From a virus (lineage: Duplodnaviria > Caudoviricetes), in IMG/VR virus record IMGVR_UViG_3300009314_000001: a DNA stretch of 64,000 bases; one strand, written 5' to 3'. Each line of letters opens with the position of its first letter. Positions within the stretch are counted from its first letter, which is position 1. Positions 37,130 to 47,953 of this stretch are shown here, in pieces. The translations under genes and the position numbers were made by a program. A model generated the notes under the pieces. The model saw only the letters and a program-made list of their open reading frames with translations. It did no database searches and had not been told where the DNA came from.

Positions 37130-40100
37130 TAAGTATCCTCAACGGTAACCACCACTTTCTTCTTTTGATCTGGCGGTGGCAACTCACATTTATCAGAATC
37201 ACAATAGTGGCTTCCAACAGCCTCAGTTATATAGTCACTGTAATCAGGCTCAGTGACTTTATTATTATATTCAACAACCTCTTCCGGTGTGCAAGCTTCG
37301 TAAGGGGCCTGAGGATAATCGTGATTCTCCGTAGGAAGGAATGAGAGACCTTTCAAGCTGTCCTCATACGATGCCAAGATCTTCGCGATTTCTTTAGCCT
37401 CGTGTTCATGAAATCGTATGGTACAAGATACCTGATTATCAGCCCAATACCTCTGATAGTCTACAACATTCTTGACTTGCTCCCAGATATTAACCTCGCC
37501 GACAGGCCTTACACCATTGCATTTTACGGCGAATGTTGCAACCATCGTCTTCGGATCAGTAACAGACAGTTCAACATGATAACCAGCATCTTGTAAGATC
37601 TTGATAAGTACACTATCATTCGATATTCTAACTCGCCGCCAATACGTACATGATTCTGGGTGATGTATACCAGGTGTGGCACCAACCATAAGACTAACAG
37701 TACCACTAGGCTTAACACTAGTCACTTTGATAGACTTAGGAACGCACAACCACTCGGAGTAGATCTCATCCCATCTGCGAATCTCGTTATATCCAGCATC
37801 GCAGAAATCCTTTAGCACTTTACGTCTGCCAAACCTCTCAAAAGCCTGGACAATACCACTCTGTGACAGGCCTATCCGGCGACTTCTTAACATCACTTGG
37901 TTAGTTCTGGCATTATGAGTTGGCAATAGTGTGACGGTCTTCCCATATAAGTATGCAAACTTCAAAGTCCTCATATATTCGTCGGCGGAATCATGATTAT
38001 TCGGAAATGTCTCGACGAGGCAGCACAATTCATAAGATTCAAGACTCTGTTCTCCACACTGCCCTACTTTATGACCTTCAACTACTACTTGATTCGTTTT
38101 CGGCTCAGTCAGACAATAAACAGTGTCTTCACCAAGGCATTCAACAGACTTAATTTTAGTATATCGACCAGTGTCTGAATTATTAGAACCAGTCTTACCA
38201 ACAAGCCATTGTCTTGCTTTAGTGATCTTAGACTGCTGAATGAAACCTACGTAGTCAAGAAATTTCGTGACTTGTTTTATTCCAGATATAATCAATTCCC
38301 ATTGTTCTTTTCGATTATATAATTTCTTGCCGCCTTTCCCATCATTCATCATCTGCTTAGATGATTTTCTTCGATGTTGAACAGTACTAGCTATACCAAG
38401 TTGACTAAACAGTAACCTGCAATCTAATAACAATTGCTGGTTAGACTGTGATATCCTAACCGATATTGTACCATTATCGCTAATTTGAACACCACCATCA
38501 GCAGATGCGAACCCCTTAAGAAATGCTGCTATCGTCTCACGCGATCCACACCATATACTAGAAGGAATATGATGCTTATCGCCAGATCTGACCCCATCGG
38601 CCACTAACAACCTGCCTAGCACTGTAGAACCAATATGTTCTTCGTCATGCTCAAAATGTTTTTGCTCTCTTTTCCAACCAGCATATACAGGTTGTTGATT
38701 TGTCGACTTTGTATGTGTGTGATATACTTCAAGCATCAAGCCTCTAAGTCTTGGCAAAACGTCACTAACATCATCGTCATAACACGCGCACTTTGCACGC
38801 ACTTGACCATCTTTTTGTGGTGATAATGAACCATCACCTATTACCCAGCCAGCCAACTCTGCATATGCCATATCATACAACACATTAGCAGAAGTTGCGT
38901 GAGTTGTTTGATTGAGTGGGATCATCATGCCAACTTCAAGATCCCCAAGTTTTACTCTTCGCTCAGAATACTCCACCTTCTTCTTGACTCTTGCCCTATC
39001 AAGAACGATGAATTCATGATTCCTAGTAGCATCAACCCAAGATCCATCTGTAAGGATTACTCGATACACAATATCAGCACCAACCCTATACACCTTTGTT
39101 GCTGGTGCCAATCCATTATCATTAACAATGACCTGCTCGCCATATTTCTCTAATGGATTACTACCTAGCCCATCATATTCAAGCGACCCTTGGCTAAGCC
39201 AAAGATCTTCAAGTCTTTCATAACCATATTGCGTCAAAATCCGCATACTTCCGGCGAAGCAGGGGTTTGTACCACATGCTCTACTATCTATACCAGGTCG
39301 CCTACCATCTATCATTCTACCGAAATCACGTATGTTATCCAACCATTGATAACCCGGCTCACCACTTATACCAGTACGTTCTGCAAAATCTGTATAATCC
39401 ATGCCTATTTCAGCAAAGATTGAATTGTTCGATGCCCATCTATGACTATTCCTAGCATTCCAAATATCGATGGCCTTCTGGAATCGATCACTACCTATAG
39501 CGATTTCGCCAAACATTATCGGTTCGGCACGCCAAATATCCTCATCTTCCAACTTCGTCACCACTTCCGTGAACACTTCAGCTTCTGTACTCGTCAGATC
39601 AGCTAAAGGACTCTTCATCATACAATATTCATAGTCCTTCGGGGAGCCTAATGCTATTTCTGAGGATCTGCGCACATTACCAGCTACTACACAGGCCCCT
39701 ATATAATTCATGATATCGACTATATCAACACTGGAGAGTGTCGCACCGATCCTAGACTCCAAATGTTCACGCACAAATGCATGCAGTGATTGTAGGATGC
39801 TTGGACCTGATGCTTTGCCACCAAATCCATTAATTGGTTCACCAGCTCTTCTAATCTCATCATAATTGAATAGAACATTACCGTCATCAGACTTTATAGT
39901 ATACGACCATATAAGACGACGCAGAGAGTCCACCCAACCTTCTCGAGAATCGGCGATCGTATAGATATTATCGATAGATGCGGGCTTATGAATTTGTATT
40001 CGATTAGCTCCCTTTGTATCAAACCCAACGCCGACACCAAGCATAGACATATCCATAAGAAAACAGAATGGCTCCGCTGGGTCAGATTCAATCTGATCAT

Positions 40101-40548
40101 ATGTTGATACAAAACCACAATTATTAAGGGCTGCTGATCCTCTCTCCCACATGAACTCAGTACCCATCATCCATAAACCGCGACCGGGAGGCAAGAACTT
40201 AAAGTTCCATATCCTCTCAAACATTTCTTGGGCTGAATCCTGAGCCTTATCATAGTCCCACGGCAAGTGTAATCGACGTTGATGCCGTCTTTGGATTTCG
40301 TAGCAACCTTCGACAACACGACGTGCAGTATCAAGGAATGTCTCTTTGGAGCCATCATCCGTGACACGGGAATATGTGCGGTAAAAAATGAACTCGCCCA
40401 AACCATCAAAGCCAAATTTGGGCTTCTTACCAACATATCCACTAAGGAATGATCCACCAAGTCTGAAGTGCTTTTCTTCCTCTACTTCCTTGTTAAAGTA
40501 CTTCTGAGATATGTTCTCTACCTTGATCTGCCTAGCCACTACGGACAC
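37129..40548 (-). CDS. nrdJ: class II (adenosylcobalamin-dependent, RTPR-type) ribonucleotide reductase with intein
   Basis: FLPPGRGLW, AALNNC, GVGVGFD, VVAGNVRRS, GTNP|CGE, ELCCLVE, SVKPSGTVSL, DNQVSCT, C-terminal CDSDKC. Confidence 0.93.
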   Translation of the reverse strand: MSVVARQIKVENISQKYFNKEVEEEKHFRLGGSFLSGYVGKKPKFGFDGLGEFIFYRTYSRVTDDGSKETFLDTARRVVEGCYEIQRRHQRRLHLPWDYDKAQDSAQEMFERIWNFKFLPPGRGLWMMGTEFMWERGSAALNNCGFVSTYDQIESDPAEPFCFLMDMSMLGVGVGFDTKGANRIQIHKPASIDNIYTIADSREGWVDSLRRLIWSYTIKSDDGNVLFNYDEIRRAGEPINGFGGKASGPSILQSLHAFVREHLESRIGATLSSVDIVDIMNYIGACVVAGNVRRSSEIALGSPKDYEYCMMKSPLADLTSTEAEVFTEVVTKLEDEDIWRAEPIMFGEIAIGSDRFQKAIDIWNARNSHRWASNNSIFAEIGMDYTDFAERTGISGEPGYQWLDNIRDFGRMIDGRRPGIDSRACGTNPCFAGSMRILTQYGYERLEDLWLSQGSLEYDGLGSNPLEKYGEQVIVNDNGLAPATKVYRVGADIVYRVILTDGSWVDATRNHEFIVLDRARVKKKVEYSERRVKLGDLEVGMMIPLNQTTHATSANVLYDMAYAELAGWVIGDGSLSPQKDGQVRAKCACYDDDVSDVLPRLRGLMLEVYHTHTKSTNQQPVYAGWKREQKHFEHDEEHIGSTVLGRLLVADGVRSGDKHHIPSSIWCGSRETIAAFLKGFASADGGVQISDNGTISVRISQSNQQLLLDCRLLFSQLGIASTVQHRRKSSKQMMNDGKGGKKLYNRKEQWELIISGIKQVTKFLDYVGFIQQSKITKARQWLVGKTGSNNSDTGRYTKIKSVECLGEDTVYCLTEPKTNQVVVEGHKVGQCGEQSLESYELCCLVETFPNNHDSADEYMRTLKFAYLYGKTVTLLPTHNARTNQVMLRSRRIGLSQSGIVQAFERFGRRKVLKDFCDAGYNEIRRWDEIYSEWLCVPKSIKVTSVKPSGTVSLMVGATPGIHHPESCTYWRRVRISNDSVLIKILQDAGYHVELSVTDPKTMVATFAVKCNGVRPVGEVNIWEQVKNVVDYQRYWADNQVSCTIRFHEHEAKEIAKILASYEDSLKGLSFLPTENHDYPQAPYEACTPEEVVEYNNKVTEPDYSDYITEAVGSHYCDSDKCELPPPDQKKKVVVTVEDT
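38059..39261 (-). mobile_element. LAGLIDADG intein (401 aa) with a Gln C-terminus
   Basis: Starts CFAGSMRILT after GTNP; LAGWVIGDG and FLKGFASADG motifs; ends VYCLTEP...GHKVGQ before CGEQ. Confidence 0.93.
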
Positions 40549-41231
40549 AATTCCCTCCAGTCGGTCTTAAAGATCCGTCTTGCTTGCTTAAAAGTATTAA
40601 GATCTTGTACGATTTTCGATCTCAACGAAAATAATCGTGCTGCGGTGGGCAGCATCGTGCGTTCATCTGGGTTGTCTTTTTGAAGCCTAGTAAGTGCGGA
40701 TGTACAACTATGCGACAAAGCTAGGAATAATGGCGATAAACGATTTGCTCTATACCAGATCGTGAGATTAGAGAAGGACCTTGGATCTGCTCGATGTAAT
40801 AGAATATTGATAGTATTACCATCTGTTACTTGATCGAACCATTTCTTAGTGCTAGCAAGAACATCCAATTCTTGTCCGTTCTTATCAGATTGTTCTTGTA
40901 ATTTCTTATAGCAAACATCCAACATATTAGATTGATGTAGAACAGCTAGGCCTTTATGTAGAGAGCCTTTCTGTTTCGCATAATTCACAGCTATATCGAT
41001 AAATTTTCGAGCTGTTTGATCGTCAAAGTCCCATTGTTGGAATTTATTAGCTATAGCCCTGGCGTATCGCCATTGATAAGTCTTTTTGCGATCGGTATTG
41101 GCAGGAAACGTCAATCGCTTTCCATGGCGTAGATACGCTTCAGAGCACCAATCCCACACAGCTTGAATTCGATCTTCTTCGATAGCTTTCCCCATATGAT
41201 GCTCAATACGAGGAGACGCAATGACCGACAC
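40539..41231 (-). CDS. hypothetical protein
   Basis: 230-aa ORF overlapping the nrdJ start. Confidence 0.75.
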   Translation of the reverse strand: MSVIASPRIEHHMGKAIEEDRIQAVWDWCSEAYLRHGKRLTFPANTDRKKTYQWRYARAIANKFQQWDFDDQTARKFIDIAVNYAKQKGSLHKGLAVLHQSNMLDVCYKKLQEQSDKNGQELDVLASTKKWFDQVTDGNTINILLHRADPRSFSNLTIWYRANRLSPLFLALSHSCTSALTRLQKDNPDERTMLPTAARLFSLRSKIVQDLNTFKQARRIFKTDWRELCP

Positions 41232-41541
41232 TGGTGAACTCCATGAGGAAAATAACGATCAAACGTCAGAGGACATCGCCAAGAACACTGATGGCGGTGA
41301 TAACAAAGAGCACCGCCAAGTCATCTTTGCCCAGCTATTCCACAAGCTGATGGATGGATTTGGTGAAACCTGCGAAGAAAATGGTGTGAAAACAGCGATA
41401 GCTATTGCTATACACCCTGAGCATGATGCTCCTGTTGTATTTATTCGCGGCGAAGTGACAGACGCGATGGCATTATCAGCAGGAGTCTTAAGAGACTTTA
41501 AAGAAGACCTATATGCACGCCTAAATACAGAGCCTAGATAA
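41221..41541 (+). CDS. hypothetical protein
   Basis: 106-aa ORF on the opposite strand to its neighbours. Confidence 0.65.
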   Translation: MTDTGELHEENNDQTSEDIAKNTDGGDNKEHRQVIFAQLFHKLMDGFGETCEENGVKTAIAIAIHPEHDAPVVFIRGEVTDAMALSAGVLRDFKEDLYARLNTEPR

Positions 41542-41920
41542 TGCAGCCCGTTGGTACAAGAAGCTCTTCTATCTCTTCTCTAAGATCATCTGGCACAGCT
41601 TCATGACACTTAGTCAGCACTTGATGCACTTTAGTCATATGATCCATTTCCCATCTATGAACTATAATCTGTAGATCATCTACCTTGATAGGTATTATCA
41701 TAGCATTCTCAAGAGATCTCAAACGTCTAATAATATTCTTACAGACAGAATCACAGACGTCATTCTCTTCAAAGTATCCACGTATAGATGATTCAACGGA
41801 AGCTACAACTTTATTGAAGTCGGTTATTACATATGATTGCCTTATATCACCATAATATACAATAACCCAGAATTTAATGACACGTTCAGCTAATGGTAAT
41901 GAATCTCTATCTATTTTCAT
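41534..41920 (-). CDS. hypothetical protein
   Basis: 128-aa ORF. Confidence 0.65.
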   Translation of the reverse strand: MKIDRDSLPLAERVIKFWVIVYYGDIRQSYVITDFNKVVASVESSIRGYFEENDVCDSVCKNIIRRLRSLENAMIIPIKVDDLQIIVHRWEMDHMTKVHQVLTKCHEAVPDDLREEIEELLVPTGCII

Positions 41921-42329
41921 CGAATTTTGTTCTTATAGTCTCTAACGCCTTTGATATATTAGATTCTTCTAACATGCCGCCCTCCGTCAAGCGGACTATA
42001 TCATCACGCCGGACACGGCTACCACGATCAGCATAGTACTCCTCTATCATCTCACCAGTGGCATGCACAATAAAAACGTGTGGAACAAGTGATGGTACAT
42101 CCAATTTGTTATCAGGCCCAAGAAGATGCTTAACCACCTTTGGCCCGTACCATTCAACTACTTCCACCCTTCCAGTTGTTACCCAAAATCTATTAGCTCT
42201 ATGCATATGGTAGTGAAGAGAGCAATATCCACCAACTTTCAACTTGAGTTCATACTTAGCATAGAAATCGGTACTGATCAGTTCTCTAGTCTCACCCCAT
42301 ACTTTCTTCAGCCACTCGCTATCGGTCAT
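41907..42329 (-). CDS. cupin-domain protein (mannose-6-phosphate isomerase C-terminal-like)
   Basis: KKVWG, CSLHYH, FWVTTG, VPSLVPH. Confidence 0.8.
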   Translation of the reverse strand: MTDSEWLKKVWGETRELISTDFYAKYELKLKVGGYCSLHYHMHRANRFWVTTGRVEVVEWYGPKVVKHLLGPDNKLDVPSLVPHVFIVHATGEMIEEYYADRGSRVRRDDIVRLTEGGMLEESNISKALETIRTKFDENR

Positions 42330-43924
42330 GTCCCTTTATATCCTGTATTTTCATAGTAGTAACTGGTTTTGCGCTCTCCCTCTATAATTACTTCATTGAA
42401 GCCAACTACGTTACCTGTACTACCTCCTAATTCACCTGACGGTAATATATTGTTGGCGGGTCCATATAAATCTACATGGGATACACCATCAACCGCCTCA
42501 ATCACTTCAATCAAATTAGAAGTATATAATGGCTCACCTAAATCCCAATTAGTAATATTAAAGAAATTAGTAATAGCCGCCTCTACCCGTTGTTTCACCA
42601 CCGAAGCATCGGCGTTACGACCGACAACAACATTCATATCAATGTCGATCGCTTTTACGCTCCCATCAAGCACAACCACATGATCCGTCAAGACATTCAA
42701 ATCGCTGAAATATGTCTCCAGACCGGCCTTCAAACCAGCATTCGGGGCTGCCGGAATATTATCAGGACCTTCCGCCAAGACATATATCTCTATTCTATTA
42801 GCATTCAATCCCGTGCGGATAGTAGCAATAGCCTTACTAACAGATCCATAAACAGGATGTGAAAAAGTAGAAGCAATCTGTGCATAATCCTCGGCAGTAA
42901 CTATGCTTCGCTGTGTCGCAAATTCCCTCGGAGCACGTCTCTTAGCATTCGCTAGGCTCTCCTTATCAGCCCCACCACTAGATGCTGATATATTCCTAAA
43001 CCGTACACTAACCGAAGCATTTGCTGGCGGCAATGGTGTAATAGGTCTAGCAGAATCAACCTGACCAACACCAATTCTCCCTCGAATACCGCCACCAACT
43101 CTATACCTGAATTGAATCTGAGCGCCGGATGGCGGTGACATACCTGTTATATCATCGCCAAAACGGAATGTCACACTATCACCTATGAATATAGCCTCTA
43201 CAACTTTATCGTTCGGGCCATATCGCTCAATAGGTTCAGTTATTACCGTCCATTCTTCCTCCGTCGAGCCAACTGTTACGGTGACAAATATAGGCTCTTC
43301 AAGAACATTAGGTTCGTCAATAGTAAATCGCTGATTAGTACCACCAGCACTCGTAACCGTTACAGGACTTGCAAATTGACCCTCGAGACCCCATGCCACT
43401 ACACCGCGTTTCCCAGCAGGTATGACAATATTACTAGTCCAATCATTAGGTGCTCTATAGACCTCATATGTGACTACCTGTTGGTCTATACCATTGGTAG
43501 TGAATGAAAGGCCTGGTGTAACAACGACATCTGTGAATGTTGGTTGGTCGACTGAAATTTCAATATCAACAATTGCTGGAGTTTGTCGTCGGATTTTCTG
43601 GTTTATCAGCGCTAAATGATTAACCACAGCTCTCTCAGTCTTAGCAGTACCTATAAAGCTTTCATTGGCTAATATATCACCCCTCAATGCGATTTTTCCA
43701 ACTTCGGCTGCAACGATTTCGGTCAACATCATCATACCATTACTGGCAATGAAGTCATTGAAATCGTCTGGCCAATATGTCTTGATATACTCAATAATAG
43801 CACGCCTAGCCATAGTAAAGTCAAGCGCACTAAAATCAAATCTCCTGAGAGTTGAAGGCGGTAATAACACACCAAACTGTTCAGGTGATGATGGTAGATC
43901 AAATAGTGTTTCTTCTGTTGTCAT
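42326..43924 (-). CDS. baseplate wedge protein (T4 gp6 / baseplate J-like)
   Basis: DFSALDF, DFNDFIASNGMMML, FRFGDDITGMSPP, YRVGGGIRG, GGADKES, RSIVTAEDY. Confidence 0.92.
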   Translation of the reverse strand: MTTEETLFDLPSSPEQFGVLLPPSTLRRFDFSALDFTMARRAIIEYIKTYWPDDFNDFIASNGMMMLTEIVAAEVGKIALRGDILANESFIGTAKTERAVVNHLALINQKIRRQTPAIVDIEISVDQPTFTDVVVTPGLSFTTNGIDQQVVTYEVYRAPNDWTSNIVIPAGKRGVVAWGLEGQFASPVTVTSAGGTNQRFTIDEPNVLEEPIFVTVTVGSTEEEWTVITEPIERYGPNDKVVEAIFIGDSVTFRFGDDITGMSPPSGAQIQFRYRVGGGIRGRIGVGQVDSARPITPLPPANASVSVRFRNISASSGGADKESLANAKRRAPREFATQRSIVTAEDYAQIASTFSHPVYGSVSKAIATIRTGLNANRIEIYVLAEGPDNIPAAPNAGLKAGLETYFSDLNVLTDHVVVLDGSVKAIDIDMNVVVGRNADASVVKQRVEAAITNFFNITNWDLGEPLYTSNLIEVIEAVDGVSHVDLYGPANNILPSGELGGSTGNVVGFNEVIIEGERKTSYYYENTGYKGT

Positions 43925-44310
43925 GGCCCACTCGCATAACCTAAAAATTGGTCTACTGTTACGAATTGTTCAGGATCATTACGAAGTTGTGCTACTACAT
44001 GAATTGTCATACCATGATTTTCTTCATCTATTTCCAAATTCACTTCCACTTCTGATAATCTTTTATCATTTTCCAGCAAACCATTCCTAATCTCACCCTC
44101 TAATTGCAGAGAAGTATTCACATCATTTGGTTCAAAGATCATATCTCTCAAATGTACACCGAAATTAGGTCTCATCACCCTTTCACCAGGTATAGTCATC
44201 AAGAACTGTAATATATCATTCTTAATTAATTGATGGTCCTCCTGACGGGACATTATATTCTGTGCTCCTCCTATGAAGGGCGGATTAAACCCCCAAAAAG
44301 TGGCGGTCAT
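43921..44310 (-). CDS. baseplate protein, T4 gp25/GPW-like
   Basis: IKNDILQFLMTIPGERVMRPNFG...IFEP. Confidence 0.92.
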   Translation of the reverse strand: MTATFWGFNPPFIGGAQNIMSRQEDHQLIKNDILQFLMTIPGERVMRPNFGVHLRDMIFEPNDVNTSLQLEGEIRNGLLENDKRLSEVEVNLEIDEENHGMTIHVVAQLRNDPEQFVTVDQFLGYASGP

Positions 44311-45022
44311 TACACAACTCCTGGTACATTTGTACTTTGTACCATTGTGAATTATCGCTCGTTGCGATTGTTCTCACCAAATGACAATTGGTACAACGAA
44401 CATCACACTTCGCAATTTCTTCTTCGATTAATTCCCATCGCCGATCGCAAAAATTTAAGCTGATCGTGAATAATTTCTCTCCTCTGACATGATCGAATTC
44501 GAGCACGACCGGATCAGATTCTCCACAATCAACACATGAATGTTGTTCCAAATATTGTCTGATTTTTTGTCTTTTTTTAAGAAGCCATGGTTTGTTCTTA
44601 TATGATTTTTGCCATATTTCACCATTTTGCCTGGTCTTCCTCATATGACAATTGCCACATATCACATCGCATTTTGCTACTTCTCGCTTTAGATCTTCTA
44701 AGGATTTCTCCCTAATTTCTGCACCAATCCCAAACAGCTTCTCGCCGCGAACATGATCAAATTGCAAAATAAATGGGTTCGATTCTCCACACACACATTC
44801 ATGATTGCTTAGATAATCGAATAAAAATTTTGCTTTTTCTAACCTCCGTTCTCTTCGACGTGCATTATATTGTTGTCTATATTCTGGCCGCGCGGCTAAT
44901 TGGCTTCTAGTCTTATTCATACATTCTTTGCATGTACCTCGCCGCTTACGAATCCCTTTATCATACCTAAAAGCAAAGTCATTTTCTTTTTTGGCAATAC
45001 CACATTTAGAACAAATCTTCAT
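44285..45022 (-). CDS. HNH endonuclease with two tandem HNH domains
   Basis: LQFDHVRGEK...CDVICGNCH and LEFDHVRGEK...CDVRCTNCH; N-terminal CSKC. Confidence 0.85.
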   Translation of the reverse strand: MKICSKCGIAKKENDFAFRYDKGIRKRRGTCKECMNKTRSQLAARPEYRQQYNARRRERRLEKAKFLFDYLSNHECVCGESNPFILQFDHVRGEKLFGIGAEIREKSLEDLKREVAKCDVICGNCHMRKTRQNGEIWQKSYKNKPWLLKKRQKIRQYLEQHSCVDCGESDPVVLEFDHVRGEKLFTISLNFCDRRWELIEEEIAKCDVRCTNCHLVRTIATSDNSQWYKVQMYQELCNDRHFLGV

Positions 45023-45072
45023 AGCAAACCTTTTTGGATTGAATCCTCCTGTACTTAGGTTTGCTCAGAAGG

Positions 45073-45807
45073 TCATTTCAGCACCGTCGCCACCTTTCGC
45101 AGATCATTGAGCAATTCTGAGGCTTCACTGGCGTATGCATTAGCATTGGTAATAGCCATATCTAATGCTTGCTGTGCCTCCATCCTTTTTCGTTCAAATT
45201 TAGTAATCAATTCAGAGATTTCATGGTCAACTCCCGAATTATCGATAATAGCTTGCAATGCTGCTATATTCCTATTAGCCTCATTTATCAATTTCTGATT
45301 AGTACTAATATCTATTTCGGCATCAGAACGTAATACCCGTAATTGATTCAATCTGGTACTTAGTTGGTCATGAGCTATCAATGACTTATCATTTATCAGC
45401 TGAATTTCCTCGGAGGAAATTCCAAGTGTATCGTAATCAAAGACGTTAGTATCATGTTGTGCTTCTGTCTCATCAGCAACTAGCATTGGGCTCACACTTT
45501 GAGCAGCAGATTCATCGCCAAATTCAAGGATCTGTCCAACTTCGTATTGTCTTGCCGTATTGCCCACTTGGTCTCGGCTAGCCTTATTCACAGTAAAGGC
45601 TAGACCACCAAGAGCACCTCTTCTATTAACAAGGGTGGTTTCTTCTACAATCCTTCGCCTACGTTGTATACCAATTGCTATTTTGGGAAATAAAAGACTA
45701 GTCCTAGGTGGTTCGCTGTTACTGATCGTAAATGTTACGTTACCACCATCATCGGGCTCTTGTGGTAGGACATTATTATATAATGCTGTTGGATATGTTA
45801 CTATCAT
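45073..45807 (-). CDS. hypothetical coiled-coil protein in the baseplate cluster
   Basis: 244 aa; coupled to the gp5-like gene. Confidence 0.7.
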   Translation of the reverse strand: MIVTYPTALYNNVLPQEPDDGGNVTFTISNSEPPRTSLLFPKIAIGIQRRRRIVEETTLVNRRGALGGLAFTVNKASRDQVGNTARQYEVGQILEFGDESAAQSVSPMLVADETEAQHDTNVFDYDTLGISSEEIQLINDKSLIAHDQLSTRLNQLRVLRSDAEIDISTNQKLINEANRNIAALQAIIDNSGVDHEISELITKFERKRMEAQQALDMAITNANAYASEASELLNDLRKVATVLK

Positions 45808-47942
45808 TCGACTTCTTCTGCTTCTTCATAGGGCTTGTTATAGGTCTTGGCCCTATCAGTTGGTTCCATCTTAGTTGGTACTTGTGTGTTTTCTTTCCTA
45901 GTCACAGGATCACCACCAGTACTCTCAACAAAGGCTTGTGCCTTGATAATAGCATTCGTTTCGATTAATTGTGATGATCCACGCCATGTCATCCTAGTCT
46001 GACCGGCATGGAAATAGATGCCATCTTCGGATTTGACATATACTTTTTCGTCGGCTTGGACGTGTACATCCTTTCTCGAGATAATATTAACTTCCTTCCC
46101 AACGTATATTTCAACAACACCAACTGGTTCATTATTTTCAAAATCGTAATTGTATATTACTATTTTTCTTTGTCGTTCATCGAACCATTGGTACATGCCA
46201 TAATTATCTCTACCACGCCATATACCAAGTCCATATTTCTTACTAAACCACATCCCCCGATGCTGAGCATCAACAAGTTCTACCCAAGCACCATCACCCT
46301 TCATCCCATCGCGTGCCTCTAAACCCTGATGGACATCTAAGCTGTCCGCTTGATTGGCTGGTTGATCTGGTTTTGGGCCTTTACCAGCCCGTGTTTTGAA
46401 TCTAATATACTCATTATCATAGTCTATCTTGAGATGATGAGAAGTATGTTCCGGATCTCTTAGCATCATCGGTTTACGCAGAAACTCATTATCCTTGATA
46501 TGTTGCCATTTTCTGACCCAACCCCTACCGAGTGATGAAGCTATCATAACATATTGATATCTGTCATTTATTTCGACGGCTTGCCCTATAGGCGAACCCC
46601 AACTAGTATGATTAGCATCATCGCGCTCATTAAATTCCCAATAGAATCCTCTAGGATTACCAGTTTTATCATTCTTCTTCGAACCAGGCGATCGCCTACC
46701 CTTGATAAGAAGACCTACACCTCTAGGCGACTCCTTACCCCTGGCATCCTTATCATCACTACCACGATCGTCAAAGACGAGCTTTATACCGTATCTAGTA
46801 ACAAATCGTATCCATCTAGCATCACGGTCGCCCCAGTATTCATCCTCTTTCTCACTCTTAGGACCAACATCCTCTATAAGCTTTCTCTTGACAAACTTGT
46901 CATCTTGTGGATGGAAACCTTTATCACAGGCCTGAAATAACATTCCACCTTTAGTGCGTAGTTTTATCCACCGAAAATCATTTTTACTTTCCTCGGATAG
47001 TACTCTAGGCTCATCATATTCACCATCCCTGGACTTAGACTCTATAGGACCTTTCTGTGCCCAACCAGTATCACGCATCTCGAAGAGATGGCCATATCGC
47101 GTAAGCATTCCTTGCCGTCGTTGATCACCATTCTCATCGGAGGACTTTGATACACCCTCATTCAAGAGTTTCTGAAGATATAGCCATCTTTTAGTCTCAA
47201 ATTGCTCATCTTCCTTGAAGTCGCCCTTAAACTCTCCTTTATCTCCGTTCTTCTGCCAGTAATATCCCTGGTCACCCATTATATAGATCATACCATACTT
47301 AGTGACCCTAGCCATATACTTCTGATCTGGATCATTTACCTCTGGTTTCTTAGTCTGCTGTTCAAATTCTGACCCTTGGACAGCATCATGATCTGGCGGG
47401 GGTGGTTTCTCTTTGTGCTCTATAGGATAATATCCAGTTGATGAATGTATATCTAGATTACCATACCTATCCTGCCATCCATGCGACATAGGACGTCTAT
47501 CTTTTGGTAGGTAATCCTCATCATAGTCCTGAGGTTTTTGAGCTGGTTTTCCCTCATCGTCTACGGGTACAGGAGTCTCAGTATTAGTACCTGGATAAGT
47601 ATACCGTTTCCGCCGGGTCGGATCTGCAAATCCTGTCCATATTGGACCATATGGATGTTGCTTCTCGAATTCTATCCACACCCAATCACCTATCATAGGA
47701 TGGGTAAATCTACCAGCACGAAACCCTCCCAAGTCCGTAGCAGGGACAGCCCATGGACAATCTCCGGCAAACATATCATAATCGTGCATTTCTGGGCATT
47801 TAAACCTGATCCGTCGCATATTCAACGGATCATTAGTTTCCACTACCAATGCACGATATTGGCCAGGAAAACGTTCCCACAAAGTTTTTGTGCGTTGTTT
47901 AAAGAATGATTGCCATGCAACTTTTATATTATCAGTAGCCAT
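45804..47942 (-). CDS. baseplate spike/hub protein with a gp5 N-terminal OB-fold
   Basis: YRALVVETNDPLNMRRIRFKCP, WAVP, PMIGDWVWIEFE..HPYGPIWTG. Start moved to ATG 47942 after GGAGG. Confidence 0.85.
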   Translation of the reverse strand: MATDNIKVAWQSFFKQRTKTLWERFPGQYRALVVETNDPLNMRRIRFKCPEMHDYDMFAGDCPWAVPATDLGGFRAGRFTHPMIGDWVWIEFEKQHPYGPIWTGFADPTRRKRYTYPGTNTETPVPVDDEGKPAQKPQDYDEDYLPKDRRPMSHGWQDRYGNLDIHSSTGYYPIEHKEKPPPPDHDAVQGSEFEQQTKKPEVNDPDQKYMARVTKYGMIYIMGDQGYYWQKNGDKGEFKGDFKEDEQFETKRWLYLQKLLNEGVSKSSDENGDQRRQGMLTRYGHLFEMRDTGWAQKGPIESKSRDGEYDEPRVLSEESKNDFRWIKLRTKGGMLFQACDKGFHPQDDKFVKRKLIEDVGPKSEKEDEYWGDRDARWIRFVTRYGIKLVFDDRGSDDKDARGKESPRGVGLLIKGRRSPGSKKNDKTGNPRGFYWEFNERDDANHTSWGSPIGQAVEINDRYQYVMIASSLGRGWVRKWQHIKDNEFLRKPMMLRDPEHTSHHLKIDYDNEYIRFKTRAGKGPKPDQPANQADSLDVHQGLEARDGMKGDGAWVELVDAQHRGMWFSKKYGLGIWRGRDNYGMYQWFDERQRKIVIYNYDFENNEPVGVVEIYVGKEVNIISRKDVHVQADEKVYVKSEDGIYFHAGQTRMTWRGSSQLIETNAIIKAQAFVESTGGDPVTRKENTQVPTKMEPTDRAKTYNKPYEEAEEVE

Positions 47943-47953
47943 AGGACCTCCTA

